Shown: positions 51,706 through 60,948, counted from the first letter of the stretch. The stretch is DNA of 64,000 bases from an uncultured Enterobacterales bacterium (GCA_964604165.1 CAZRYF010000006.1:62317-126316), one strand, 5' to 3'. The notes: generated by a model from the sequence alone, not told the origin. Program-made: numbers and translations.

Positions 51706-53424
51706 TCAGCCTCTCGCCCGCTCCTGGATGAACTGACGCAGGCCCTCTGTGAGGTCTGCCACGTTGATGGGTTTCTCCAAGACTGCGTCGGCCCCCATTT
51801 CCAGCCCTCGCTCTACATCCGCTGCGCTGCTTCGGTTGGTGAGAAGAATCACGGGGGTTCTTGAGATCGTCGGGTCCGATCGTATGTCCAGGACCAGGGA
51901 GAGGCCGTCTTTGCCGGGAAGCCGCAAGTTGGCCACCACACCCGCTGGACGAAGGGCGCGAATTCGGGCGAGTGCCTGGGCACCGTCGGGCACCGTGACA
52001 GCCCGGAAACCTGCCCGGGTCAAGCGCAGCTCAAGGGCGGTCAGTAGCGATGCATCCCTCTCCGCAAGGATCACCGTCCGGGAGGCGACGTTGTCGGTTC
52101 GTGCCCATACAGCCGAGTCGTCCTCCGTGGCCTCCGCCTCCAGCACCTGCTCCAGGGCTTCCAAGACCTCTACCGTGTGTCGGGGTGCCTCGGTCCCGAG
52201 AATGCCTCGAACGGTGCTGCGGGGGTTCTCCCCCCGGGCGAGGTAGGCACCCAGGGTAAACAGGATTTCCGCTCCCACGTTTTGTGAGATCTCCTTCTCA
52301 CCGGTGAGGCGGGCCTCCAGGGCGGAGAGAAGGTTGTGGACCGGCAAGGGGCAGGTCAAGCCCGACATGAGGGCCCGGGAGGCCTCAAATCGTCCGCCTT
52401 GCCTGCGATCCGTGGTTTCATCTGCCAGCAGTCCGTGAAAACGGGTCATCTCCGGGAGGTCTACCAGGAGGGTTGATACAAGCAAGGCATCCCGCTCGTG
52501 GGGTGGAAGCTGAAGCCTTTCTCCCAGCTGGCGGCACAGCTGGGACTTTCGCCGGATTCGCGCCCTCAGGCCAAAGTTCTCGTGTTCGGATGCGATCAGA
52601 AGGAACTCGAACAGACCCATCAGGAAGTCCCGCAAGGTCTCGTGGGGTGACCCCGGGTGGCCTGCTGGTCCATAGGAGGCAATCTCCGCCACGTGAAGAT
52701 GCGGCGTGTTCTGTCGCCAGATCTCCAGGTGCTCATCGAGGATTGATCTGGATTCCGGGCGGTAGTACAGGCGATCTGCGCTGGGATTGTCCAGGCAAGC
52801 GGTGACCTGGGCGGCAGTAGAGGCGTAGAGCGCCTGGCGACCCTCCAACATGTCCAGCTGCTTGAGGGCGCCCAAGCGCTGGACGTTCGGGTCCAGGAGG
52901 ATCGCCAGGCTCTCCTTGCGTCGCGGCAAGTGTGGACTGGGCGTTTGCACCGCAGGCGCCTCGGGCTCGGGAGCTCCCTCGATGCGGGCGAGGGCTCGGT
53001 CCAGGAGCTCCACGAGGGGAGTATGCGGCACGACATAGAGCTTCAGCTCCGTGGCCCGCGTGGATTCCCTGGCTTCCGCCAGAATGTCCGAGTCCGTCGG
53101 GTCCGCCACCAACAGGGAAACCACACCCGACTCTTGGTCTCGGAAGGTGGGAAGCAGTGGACCTCTTTGCATCAACTCCCTTGGCAGAATCCCCAGAGCC
53201 TCCGCCGACGGTTCCAGCCCGCTCAGGCGGCTTGCAGAGACAAAACCTGCGTCGCATTGCACCGCCAAGGCTCGCGCCAGACCCTCCTCGTCCAGGACAC
53301 CGATTTCCAGGGCGGTCTGCCCCAGGCGACCGCCCTTTTGGGCTCGCTCCAGCACAGATGCCAGCTCATTCTTGGTGAGCAGGCCCAGGCGCACGAGGAT
53401 CTCTCCCAAGGGTGGCCGGATCAT
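51706..53424 (-). CDS. MshEN (T2SSE_N) domain, degenerate HD-like domain, pseudo-receiver protein
   Basis: The N-terminus is MIRPPLGEILVRLGLLTKNELASVLERAQKGGRLGQTALEIGVLDEEGLARALAVQ, which contains tandem MshEN-type motifs. The middle region reads ...DALLVSTLLVDLPEM, with VD in place of HD. The C-terminal REC has Asn at the phospho-acceptor position (GVVANLRLPGKDG), while T (ILLTN) and K (EKP) are retained. Confidence 0.7.
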   Translation of the reverse strand: MIRPPLGEILVRLGLLTKNELASVLERAQKGGRLGQTALEIGVLDEEGLARALAVQCDAGFVSASRLSGLEPSAEALGILPRELMQRGPLLPTFRDQESGVVSLLVADPTDSDILAEARESTRATELKLYVVPHTPLVELLDRALARIEGAPEPEAPAVQTPSPHLPRRKESLAILLDPNVQRLGALKQLDMLEGRQALYASTAAQVTACLDNPSADRLYYRPESRSILDEHLEIWRQNTPHLHVAEIASYGPAGHPGSPHETLRDFLMGLFEFLLIASEHENFGLRARIRRKSQLCRQLGERLQLPPHERDALLVSTLLVDLPEMTRFHGLLADETTDRRQGGRFEASRALMSGLTCPLPVHNLLSALEARLTGEKEISQNVGAEILFTLGAYLARGENPRSTVRGILGTEAPRHTVEVLEALEQVLEAEATEDDSAVWARTDNVASRTVILAERDASLLTALELRLTRAGFRAVTVPDGAQALARIRALRPAGVVANLRLPGKDGLSLVLDIRSDPTISRTPVILLTNRSSAADVERGLEMGADAVLEKPINVADLTEGLRQFIQERARG

Positions 53425-53487
53425 CAATTCTCCAGTGGGCGTACAGCATACGTCATCAGCGGTACACTCTTCCTCTCGGAGACACAC

Positions 53488-55332
53488 GTGTCGGACCTCG
53501 ACCAATACCTGAACCAGGTGGCCTCCTCCGAGGAGGACCCCGCGACCATGCGCCGGCTGGTCAAGCAGGCACAGTTGATCTTCCAGAACCTGATCAAGTT
53601 TGGACGAACCTCTCGGCTCTACGGTTCCTCCCACCACCAGTCACAGCGGTTTCTGAGCCAGTACGTGGAAGGGGTGCAGGAGCTTCTGGACCGATTTGAG
53701 GTCCTGGATTTCGAGTTCAGCGCTACGGAAATCCAGTTCCATGGAGAGCGAATTGTCGGCCAGGACAAGGCGGGGGAAGACATGGCCTACGGGCTCCACA
53801 TGGAGGGGGCCCGGGGGTTTGGCATTCAACGCGACGTGTCTCCCCGAGAGCTGCTGAAGCTTGCCGAGTTGCTGGTGGCCGACTGGTCGCACCGGGGGGA
53901 GTTCGAGGACGACCTGGTGTCCGCGCTTTGGCGGTCCGAGTTCGAGAACATTCACGTGGACATCGCGGATCGCTTTTCAGCAGAGGATGAAATGGGAATC
54001 GCCGCGGAACGGGAAGACCTGATGTCCGGTCGGTCGGCGGGGGTGGACCCCGAGATGGCCCAAGGGGACTCTTTGCTGGTGCCAGAGATCCAGGGGCTCA
54101 TTGCGGAGCTGCAGGCCGAAGGTGCCCGGGTCGCTGACGTGATTCAGATGAAACAGGACGAGGTGGCCCTTTACTTGCGCCTGAAGGACGAGTTGCACCT
54201 AGAAGTCGAGGGGGGCGAAGGGGAAGACGACGCGCTCTTGCAGGTGGATAATGCCGGACGAAAGGCCCTCCAGGCCGAGGTGAATGAGCTGCGGGCCGGA
54301 ACGGACGCCGACTTTGAACGGGTGGGAAGGGTGTTGTTTGAGACTCTTCGGCTGGAGGAGGATCTCGGGCGGGTGGAGGAGATGGGGCGTGATGTGGGCC
54401 GCCACTGCCTGGAGCTCATTTCCAGCGACGAACTGCAAGGGGCGGGGGCTTTTGTGCGGCGCGTTCTCGCATTTTCCACGAATGCTCCCCGGGCTTCGCC
54501 GGAGCGGCTGGAGGCCTTTCAGCGAGGCTTTGGTCGGCTCTTGGCAGACAAGAGTCTGGAGCGTCTCGGCGCGGTCCTGTCCGCACGATGCGAGACCCGT
54601 GCGGACTGTGGCCCGGTCTTTACCCTCTTCTCGGTGGTTCCTCGCGCGGGTGTGGACCGGTTGATCTCTCTGGGGGCACATTGTGGCTCATCGTCCGTGC
54701 GGCAGGTCTTGGCCGATGTCCTGGTGTTGAAGGTGAATTGGGACCCGGAAGCGGTGTTGACCCTCTTGGTGACGGCGCAGCCTACCGAGGCCGTTGTCCC
54801 CCTTCTGGCCCTGGGCCGGGTCACCGCGCCCCAGGCCATTGATGTGTGCCTGGGCCACGTGAACGCAGAAGAAAGCGCCACCCGTGAGGCTGCGCTGCGT
54901 GCCCTTCGGAAGCAGCAGTCTCCTGCGATTCGGGCGGCCATGCTCTCGGCCCTGGAGGACAAGGAGAGCGGCGTGCGTATCGAGGCGCTGCGCTACCTGT
55001 CGGTCTACCGGGACCGCTCCAGCTTGAACCACATCGAAGTCAGGATGCGCTCTCCCCTACTGGGTACCTGTAGCGATGCGGAACGCCGGGCCTGGTTTCT
55101 CGCTTACGGCATCATTGGCCGGGTGGAGTCCATTCCCCTCCTGCGGGGTGTGCTCACCGGGCAGTTCGAGATGGCGGGGCCGCCGCGCAGTGTGAGCGAG
55201 TGCGCCGTCCATGCGCTGGTGGCCATTGAATTGGATGAGAGCCGGGCAGCCCTGGATCTCGTGGCTCGAAAGCAGCCGGAGCTGGTGCCCGTGATTCAAG
55301 GTGCCACCCACAAGAGGCGGGGGAACCCATGA
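53488..55332 (+). CDS. HEAT-repeat protein with an unknown N-terminal domain
   Basis: C-terminal HEAT/PBS-lyase-like repeats are present (ATREAALRALRKQQSPAIRAAMLSALEDKESGVRIEALRYL). The start is GTG at 53488 or ATG at 53548. The earlier part of ORF 52930..55332 overlaps the divergent gene. Confidence 0.6.
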   Translation: MSDLDQYLNQVASSEEDPATMRRLVKQAQLIFQNLIKFGRTSRLYGSSHHQSQRFLSQYVEGVQELLDRFEVLDFEFSATEIQFHGERIVGQDKAGEDMAYGLHMEGARGFGIQRDVSPRELLKLAELLVADWSHRGEFEDDLVSALWRSEFENIHVDIADRFSAEDEMGIAAEREDLMSGRSAGVDPEMAQGDSLLVPEIQGLIAELQAEGARVADVIQMKQDEVALYLRLKDELHLEVEGGEGEDDALLQVDNAGRKALQAEVNELRAGTDADFERVGRVLFETLRLEEDLGRVEEMGRDVGRHCLELISSDELQGAGAFVRRVLAFSTNAPRASPERLEAFQRGFGRLLADKSLERLGAVLSARCETRADCGPVFTLFSVVPRAGVDRLISLGAHCGSSSVRQVLADVLVLKVNWDPEAVLTLLVTAQPTEAVVPLLALGRVTAPQAIDVCLGHVNAEESATREAALRALRKQQSPAIRAAMLSALEDKESGVRIEALRYLSVYRDRSSLNHIEVRMRSPLLGTCSDAERRAWFLAYGIIGRVESIPLLRGVLTGQFEMAGPPRSVSECAVHALVAIELDESRAALDLVARKQPELVPVIQGATHKRRGNP

Positions 55333-56804
55333 GTGTCGACAGCGGAGTTTCTCAAGCGGAGCTGCGCCGCGTCCACAATGTGGGCAAACGGTTCACCTAT
55401 CGAATCACCACGTTGATTCGCACGGCTCGGATTCACAACATGTCCAACCGGGCGTTGGACAACCCTCTCACAGTGACAGCCACCGCTGCGAGTTCCTTGT
55501 TCCAAGACCTGGGTTTTGCCAGCCTTCAAGGGGAGGGGGATGTGATTCACATCAACCAGAACCGCATTCGCGTGGAGCGGGCGCAGGTGAAGCAGGTTCG
55601 ATTCCTGAATGACTTCCTGCGGGAGAGGGGTGTGGGGGGGTTTGAAATCCATGGACCCAGCCTGGGGGAGGATTGGCGCGCGGTTCTGGCTGCGATTCTG
55701 GAGGCGCCAACCGTCGATGAGGAGGACCGGGAGGCGTGGCAGCGGCTCAACGATCGATTGTCCCGAAATGCAGTGGAGTCGGTCCGCTTTGGTCGGCCCA
55801 TGCGCCTGACCAGCGGGACGGTAGGAGGCGATGGAGGAGGTGAGGCGGACTCCATTGCCATGGCTGGTTCCCGCTCTTTGCAGTTGTATCTGCGGGCCCT
55901 GCGCGTGGTGGCGGCTCTCTACCAGCGAGAGAGCTCCCAGGGGCTGCAGTCCTCGCTGCGGAGAATCATGCAATTCCTGGTGGAGCAGGCCATGGACGAG
56001 CCCCGGCAGCACCTGGCATTGGTGCAGCTCAAAGGAAGCCACGCCTTTGAGCTACGCCACCCGGTGAACACCGCGATCTTGAGCATTGCCCTGGGGCATG
56101 CCATCGAGCTGCCTCGCGGGGCCCTTTTGGACCTTGGTATGGCGGCGGTCTTGTGTGATCTGGGCATGCGGGAGCTGCCGGAGAGCATTCGGTACAACAC
56201 CCGGCAATTGGATCCTGAAGCCCAGAAGCAGCTGGAGCAGCACCCCCTTGCGTCTGTCCGGGCCACAGTGGGAATGGGCCGCTTGGACCCCGCCACCCGG
56301 CGCTGGATGGTGACCGCCTTTGAACACCACATGGGCCATGACCACAGCGGCTACCCGCAGGTGCCGGGCTGGCCGGTGTCGCATCTTTTTTCACGGATCA
56401 TCGCCATCGCCGAGGCCTACGACTCCCTGACCACTCAGCGTCCCGGACAGGACGGTCTGCTTCCAGACGAAGCGTTGGCGAAGATTCTGGAGGCGGCAGG
56501 GAAGAGCCTGGACCCGGTGTTGGTGGCCCTGTTTGTAAACCTTGTGGGGTGCTATCCATTGGGTTCGCTGCTTCTGCTCTCCACGGGCGAGGTGGGGGTG
56601 GTGTACATGACGCCGACCGGCGCAGAAGATCTGCGCAGGCCCGTGGTGCGTCTCTTGTTGGATCGGTTCGGCACCCAGGTGCGGGAGTCCAAGCTCGTGG
56701 ATCTCAGGGACAAGGACGAGGGGGGCGCCTGGTTGCGATCTGCTGCGCGGGTGGTGCGTCCCGAAGAGCTCGGGGTGGACCTGAACCGGGCCATCTTCAC
56801 CTGA
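55329..56804 (+). CDS. HD-GYP-like domain protein with substituted metal ligands
   Basis: The start is in an ATGA overlap with the HEAT gene. The domain runs RHPVNTAIL...AAVLCDLGM...EQHPLASV...FEHHMGHDHSGYP. CD replaces HD and HHM replaces HHE, while GYP is retained. Confidence 0.75.
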   Translation: MSVDSGVSQAELRRVHNVGKRFTYRITTLIRTARIHNMSNRALDNPLTVTATAASSLFQDLGFASLQGEGDVIHINQNRIRVERAQVKQVRFLNDFLRERGVGGFEIHGPSLGEDWRAVLAAILEAPTVDEEDREAWQRLNDRLSRNAVESVRFGRPMRLTSGTVGGDGGGEADSIAMAGSRSLQLYLRALRVVAALYQRESSQGLQSSLRRIMQFLVEQAMDEPRQHLALVQLKGSHAFELRHPVNTAILSIALGHAIELPRGALLDLGMAAVLCDLGMRELPESIRYNTRQLDPEAQKQLEQHPLASVRATVGMGRLDPATRRWMVTAFEHHMGHDHSGYPQVPGWPVSHLFSRIIAIAEAYDSLTTQRPGQDGLLPDEALAKILEAAGKSLDPVLVALFVNLVGCYPLGSLLLLSTGEVGVVYMTPTGAEDLRRPVVRLLLDRFGTQVRESKLVDLRDKDEGGAWLRSAARVVRPEELGVDLNRAIFT

Positions 56805-56823
56805 GGGGATTAGAAGGGCCTTC

Positions 56824-57633
56824 ATGGCAGACGCGGCTCTTCAGCGCTTGGAATCCGTGCTTGGCGACGCCGGGAACGCCTTGGTTGCGTTTTCGGGGGG
56901 GGTCGATTCCGGGCTGGTTCTACAGGTGGCTCACCGGGTGTTGGGGGACAAGGCCGTGGCCTTGACCGCGGACTCACCCACTTTTCCCAGGGAGGAGAAG
57001 GAACAGGCCATTGCTTTCGCAGAGCGCTTGGGGGTGCGGCACCTGGTCGTGGATGCACACGAGTTGGAGCGTGAGGGGTACGCAGCAAACGAGGGTCGTC
57101 GCTGCTATTTCTGCAAGACTGAGCTCTTTGACCTGGCGCGGCTCTGGGCGGATCGGGTTGGGATTCGTTGGGTGATGGATGGAACCATCACCGATGATCT
57201 TGGGGAGGATCGGCCGGGCTTGGAGGCGGCGGAAGAGCACCGGGTGCGTCATCCCCTGGTAGAAGCGGGGTTCGACAAGTCGGCCGTGCGGGACGCGGCG
57301 CGGTCCTTGGGGCTGGACTTATGGGACAAGCCCTCTTTTGCTTGCTTGGGCAGTCGCTTTCCCGTGGGAACAAGGGTGACGTCCGAACGCGTGGAAAAGG
57401 TCGGGCGGATCGAGAGCGTCCTGCGCATTTACGGGTTTCGCCACTTTCGGGTTCGTTTCCACGAGCTTGACGAGGGCCCCCTGGCCCGTATCGAGCTGGA
57501 CCCCAGCGATTTTTCTGCCTTGGTCGCGGAAGGGGTGCGAGATGCGGTGCTGGCCGCCTGTTGGCAAGAGGGCTTTCGCCAGGTGACCCTGGATCTCGCG
57601 GGCTACCGCAGCGGCGGGCAGCCCGCGGAATGA
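56824..57633 (+). CDS. larE: LarE-like PP-loop ATP-dependent sulfur transferase
   Basis: The PP-loop reads ALVAFSGGVDSG. The Cys context FACLGSRFPVG matches the LarE sacrificial-Cys motif CLxSR. Confidence 0.75.
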   Translation: MADAALQRLESVLGDAGNALVAFSGGVDSGLVLQVAHRVLGDKAVALTADSPTFPREEKEQAIAFAERLGVRHLVVDAHELEREGYAANEGRRCYFCKTELFDLARLWADRVGIRWVMDGTITDDLGEDRPGLEAAEEHRVRHPLVEAGFDKSAVRDAARSLGLDLWDKPSFACLGSRFPVGTRVTSERVEKVGRIESVLRIYGFRHFRVRFHELDEGPLARIELDPSDFSALVAEGVRDAVLAACWQEGFRQVTLDLAGYRSGGQPAE

Positions 57634-58358
57634 TCGAGGCGCCAGGTCTCGGAGACCGCCCCACCCATGGGGTTGAGTTGCCTACGGTTCTTCGGGAGGT
57701 CGTGGGGCTTTGGCTCGTGACGCTCCTCTTGATTCGGGGGGCGGTGGAGCTGCACGGCAGCGCTGGGCTGCCCGACTGGGTCCTGGCTGCGGTGCCTGTC
57801 CTGTTTATCTATGCGCCGGTGGTGCTCTGTCGGATTCGCCGGGTGGACTCCTATGCCTACCGCCTGGCGGTGCCGGCCTTTCGGGATGGACGGGCATGGG
57901 GCAGTGCCCTGGCGCTGGCTGGCAAGCTGCTGCTGGCGATTCTGGTGCCGTGGCTGGTGGTCTACCACTTCTACCAGACGGTCCTTTTTGGGGCAGAGCC
58001 TGCGTTTCGGTTTCCAGCCGATGTTGCGACCCTCATCGCCTACCAGGTGTTCTTCGTGGCAATTCCCGAAGAGTTCTTCTACCGAGGCTACCTGCTGACC
58101 CGGCTCAACGAGGCGCTGCCGAGGAAGTTCATCCTGGCGGGCATTCCCTTTGGGCACGGCCTCTGGATCAGCTCTCTGTTGTTTGCGTTTGGCCACTCCC
58201 TCGTGACCTTCCAGTGGTGGCACTTCGCGATCTTCTTCCCCGGCCTGTTGTTCGGGTTGCTGCGGGAGAAGACCGGGGGGGTGCTTGCGGCGGCCTTCTT
58301 TCACGCCGGGTGCAACGTAATGGTGCACTTGTTGGATACGGCGTATGGGTTGATTTGA
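57630..58358 (+). CDS. CPBP-family intramembrane glutamic endopeptidase (CAAX protease-like)
   Basis: The start is in an ATGA overlap with larE. The family motifs are IPEEFFYRGYL, LLFAFGHSL and AFFHAGCN. Confidence 0.8.
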   Translation: MIEAPGLGDRPTHGVELPTVLREVVGLWLVTLLLIRGAVELHGSAGLPDWVLAAVPVLFIYAPVVLCRIRRVDSYAYRLAVPAFRDGRAWGSALALAGKLLLAILVPWLVVYHFYQTVLFGAEPAFRFPADVATLIAYQVFFVAIPEEFFYRGYLLTRLNEALPRKFILAGIPFGHGLWISSLLFAFGHSLVTFQWWHFAIFFPGLLFGLLREKTGGVLAAAFFHAGCNVMVHLLDTAYGLI

Positions 58359-58473
58359 AACCAAAGAGGCACCGCTTGGCCTCACCGTGATCGCCGCGCC
58401 CGTTCGGGAGCCTTCCCTACCCTTCGCCACTCGTCATTTCGTGAGGGACCGTTCAACAACCCTTGACACAGAG

Positions 58474-58842
58474 TCAAGGCTGGCAGGACTCACCGGTCAC
58501 CGTCACCACCGGTGAACAATGCTCCGCACCGAGTCTGAATTCATAGTCCGGAAGGATTGAGATCAGGTTCTCGGGAAGAAGATTTTGACCGGCCACCTCA
58601 GCGAGACCGGGCTCGCCTGTGTCTCCAACACAAACTGTGTGCTCGAGAATGTACCGTCCGCTGGCCTCATCCCAACTCTCATTTGCCCTGCGCGTGGCCA
58701 CGAACAGGCAATCTGCCAGCGTTTCGGGGAGTTGCATGTCAATGCGGTAGGTGCACTCTCCCTCGCATGTGTACTCGGCTCCACCTCCCTGTCCCTTCCC
58801 CCCGCAGGACAGAGTCAGAAGGACAAGAATCCACTGGGCCAC
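58474..58842 (-). CDS. Hypothetical Cys-containing lipoprotein
   Basis: The N-terminus MAQWILVLLTLSCGG carries lipobox L-S-C. The mature part is acidic and contains 6 Cys. GC is lower than in the surroundings. Confidence 0.5.
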   Translation of the reverse strand: MAQWILVLLTLSCGGKGQGGGAEYTCEGECTYRIDMQLPETLADCLFVATRRANESWDEASGRYILEHTVCVGDTGEPGLAEVAGQNLLPENLISILPDYEFRLGAEHCSPVVTVTGESCQP

Positions 58843-58849
58843 GAAGGGG

Positions 58850-59434
58850 CTATTCCCTCGAAAGTTGAAGGCGGGTCAGTTCCATCCAAACTGCGGTTTC
58901 AGATCCTGAAGAAGCCTCCACTTTGGCTGTCTCGTGAAGCGCAATCGTGTGCTCGGAAGAAAAAGTAATCCAGCTATCCCAAACCAAGCCGGACCCACTC
59001 TCCGGATCCACCAACTCCATCCGCAGGACAGCGAGATTGGCAGCTTCATCGCCTGAGGTACTACAATCTCCGACCGGCCCATAACTTGAAACTTCTACAA
59101 GACAGGTCCATTCGGACTCCAGAATACCCGGGTAGAAGTCACTGGGTTGACAGTCGCAGGTCCCAGATCCCGACAGATCGTCCTCGGTTTCCTCCAAGAC
59201 GAGATCGATGGAACCCTCGCATCCGTCCGCTGCGACGGCAGCGTCTTCCTCGGCGAAGAAGGCCATTTCGAAATCCCCAACCCACTCTCCTACCAAGCTG
59301 TTTGCACTTGGCTCCAACTCGACCTTGCAATCTTCAGGATAATCCTCATCTCCATTGCTGCATGACGGTAGACAAAGGGCCGCGCCCAGCAGGGCAACAG
59401 GACTGTAAAATGCCTTTGTAAGTGTACAAGTCAT
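58850..59434 (-). CDS. Hypothetical acidic Cys-containing lipoprotein
   Basis: The signal with lipobox reads VALLGAALCLPSCSNG. The 194-aa product is very acidic. GC is clearly lower, about 48-60% in hand-counted 60-nt lines. Confidence 0.5.
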   Translation of the reverse strand: MTCTLTKAFYSPVALLGAALCLPSCSNGDEDYPEDCKVELEPSANSLVGEWVGDFEMAFFAEEDAAVAADGCEGSIDLVLEETEDDLSGSGTCDCQPSDFYPGILESEWTCLVEVSSYGPVGDCSTSGDEAANLAVLRMELVDPESGSGLVWDSWITFSSEHTIALHETAKVEASSGSETAVWMELTRLQLSRE

Positions 59435-59585
59435 GGTGATCCAATCCGGGCCAGCATATCACCTGCAAACGGGGGGACATCGTTCTTTCTATGCCCGTGC
59501 CGAGCCCCACGAACCGAAGCTACGGGACGGTGCCGGCGGCACCGCCAGCGGATGCCAGTGGGTGAGAGTGCTGGGGGGGCAAGGG

Positions 59586-59873
59586 CTACTTGTTTTTCTT
59601 GGCAGGGGCCTTGCGGGGCTTCTTCTTCTCCAGTGCGGCCAGGCGCTCTTCCATGGCCACAAGTCGTTCCTCCATCTTCTTGACGGAGCTTGTGGTGGCG
59701 GTCACCGAGGACCGCATTTTGTTCACCACGTCGCGTAGCTCCCGAAAGTCGGTGCGCGTCGGCACCTGCCGCTCGCCCAGCACTTCCATCACCACGTCGG
59801 TCAGGGCCTGTTTCAGGAACGGGAGCATGGAGTCAGAGGAGGCGGAACGAATGAAGTCGGAGAGGCTGCCCAT
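59586..59873 (-). CDS. Small coiled-coil protein with a Lys-rich tail (phasin/UbiK-BMFP-like, tentative)
   Basis: The product reads MGSLSDFIRS...VPTRTDFRELRDVVNKM...MEERLVAMEERLAALEKKKPRKAPAKKNK. The internal start was chosen because the 52-aa N-terminal extension of ORF 59586..60029 is Arg-rich and not protein-like. Confidence 0.4.
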   Translation of the reverse strand: MGSLSDFIRSASSDSMLPFLKQALTDVVMEVLGERQVPTRTDFRELRDVVNKMRSSVTATTSSVKKMEERLVAMEERLAALEKKKPRKAPAKKNK

Positions 59874-60027
59874 TGCGAGAGGTAGGGTGCGATGCTGTGC
59901 CCACCCTGTCAACCGTAGATTCATGGTGGGCATCCCGGTTGCCGTATTCCGGGGGCAAGTGCTACCGTTGCCGTCACGGCGGCGATCCGGGCGGATTCGT
60001 TGCACCTGATCGACCTGGGAGACCTGC

Positions 60028-60870
60028 ATGCCTGAATGTCCGTTCTGCAGAGCGGAAGTAGAGGAAGACCTGGTCCTCTATGGCGGCTCCTGCCCCCATT
60101 GCTTCAACACGATCCCTGGGGAGGAGACTCCGACGGATCCAGGAGTGGCCAAGAAAGCCGAGGGAAAAAAGAAGGATTCCGGGGGGATTGGCATGGGGCG
60201 TCTGGTGGCCGCCGCGGCGCTCTTGGCGATTGTTGGAGGGGGGATTTTCACTCAGACACAGGAGAAACCCCTGCCTGCGGTGGATCTGGAAGGTGAATTT
60301 GAGTTGTTTGATAACGGCACGGACCCCGAAGCCCAGGCCCAGGCCATGTCCGACGCCTTAAAGGAAAACGCGCCGGAGGAACCAGAGCAGCCTGCCCAGA
60401 CCGCGGTTGTGCCGATGCCCTCCAAGAGCACCTCCAGCAAACCGAAGAAGAAGACCGACTACCCAGCCTCCTCAAACCACTCCTCCCGCACCGGAACCAC
60501 CCAGGAGCCTGCCACACTGTCCTCCGGTGGACCGGTGGTGGTGCCGCGCCGTATGCAGCTGGCACCCGATGCGCTCTCGAACCCGGACGAGATCGCCGAG
60601 GCCATCACCCACACCCTCCGGGCCAACAACGGCCGCTTTGAGCAGTGCTACAACCAGCGGCTGAAGACGCTGGAGGGGCTGAAGGGATCTTGGATGGTGA
60701 GCTTCACGGTGCAGCCGAGTGGGACGCCAAACAGCATTCGTGTGCGGGCATTGACGGTGCGCGACAAGGATTTGGAGGGTTGTCTGAAGCGGCAGATGGG
60801 GGATCTGCACTTTCCGAAGATCACAGCGGCGTCCGCTTTTGCTCGGAAGTACCACTTCGGCAGCAAATAG
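60028..60870 (+). CDS. Zinc-ribbon, TM helix, AgmX/PglI-type (TonB-C-like) C-terminal domain protein
   Basis: The N-terminal zinc ribbon is CPFC...CPHC. The TM helix is LVAAAALLAIVGGGIF, and a Pro/Ser-rich linker follows it. The C-terminus reads FEQCYNQRLKTLEGLKGSWMVSFTVQPSGTP...LEGCLKRQMGDLHFP. Confidence 0.55.
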   Translation: MPECPFCRAEVEEDLVLYGGSCPHCFNTIPGEETPTDPGVAKKAEGKKKDSGGIGMGRLVAAAALLAIVGGGIFTQTQEKPLPAVDLEGEFELFDNGTDPEAQAQAMSDALKENAPEEPEQPAQTAVVPMPSKSTSSKPKKKTDYPASSNHSSRTGTTQEPATLSSGGPVVVPRRMQLAPDALSNPDEIAEAITHTLRANNGRFEQCYNQRLKTLEGLKGSWMVSFTVQPSGTPNSIRVRALTVRDKDLEGCLKRQMGDLHFPKITAASAFARKYHFGSK

Positions 60871-60948
60871 CGCTGGATACTCAAGGCTCATCTGCAAGTC
60901 ACTGAAGACCTTGGGGGGAACGCCGGGCCAGTGATTCAGGCAAGGGAT

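Noticed and set aside
59586-60029. The full 147-aa version of the minus-strand ORF. Its start would share the tetranucleotide CATG (60027-60030) with the divergent zinc-ribbon gene.
   Set aside because: The first 52 residues (MQVSQVDQVQRIRPDRRRDGNGSTCPRNTATG...) are Arg-rich and not protein-like. The conserved-looking coiled-coil protein starts at the internal Met (59873).
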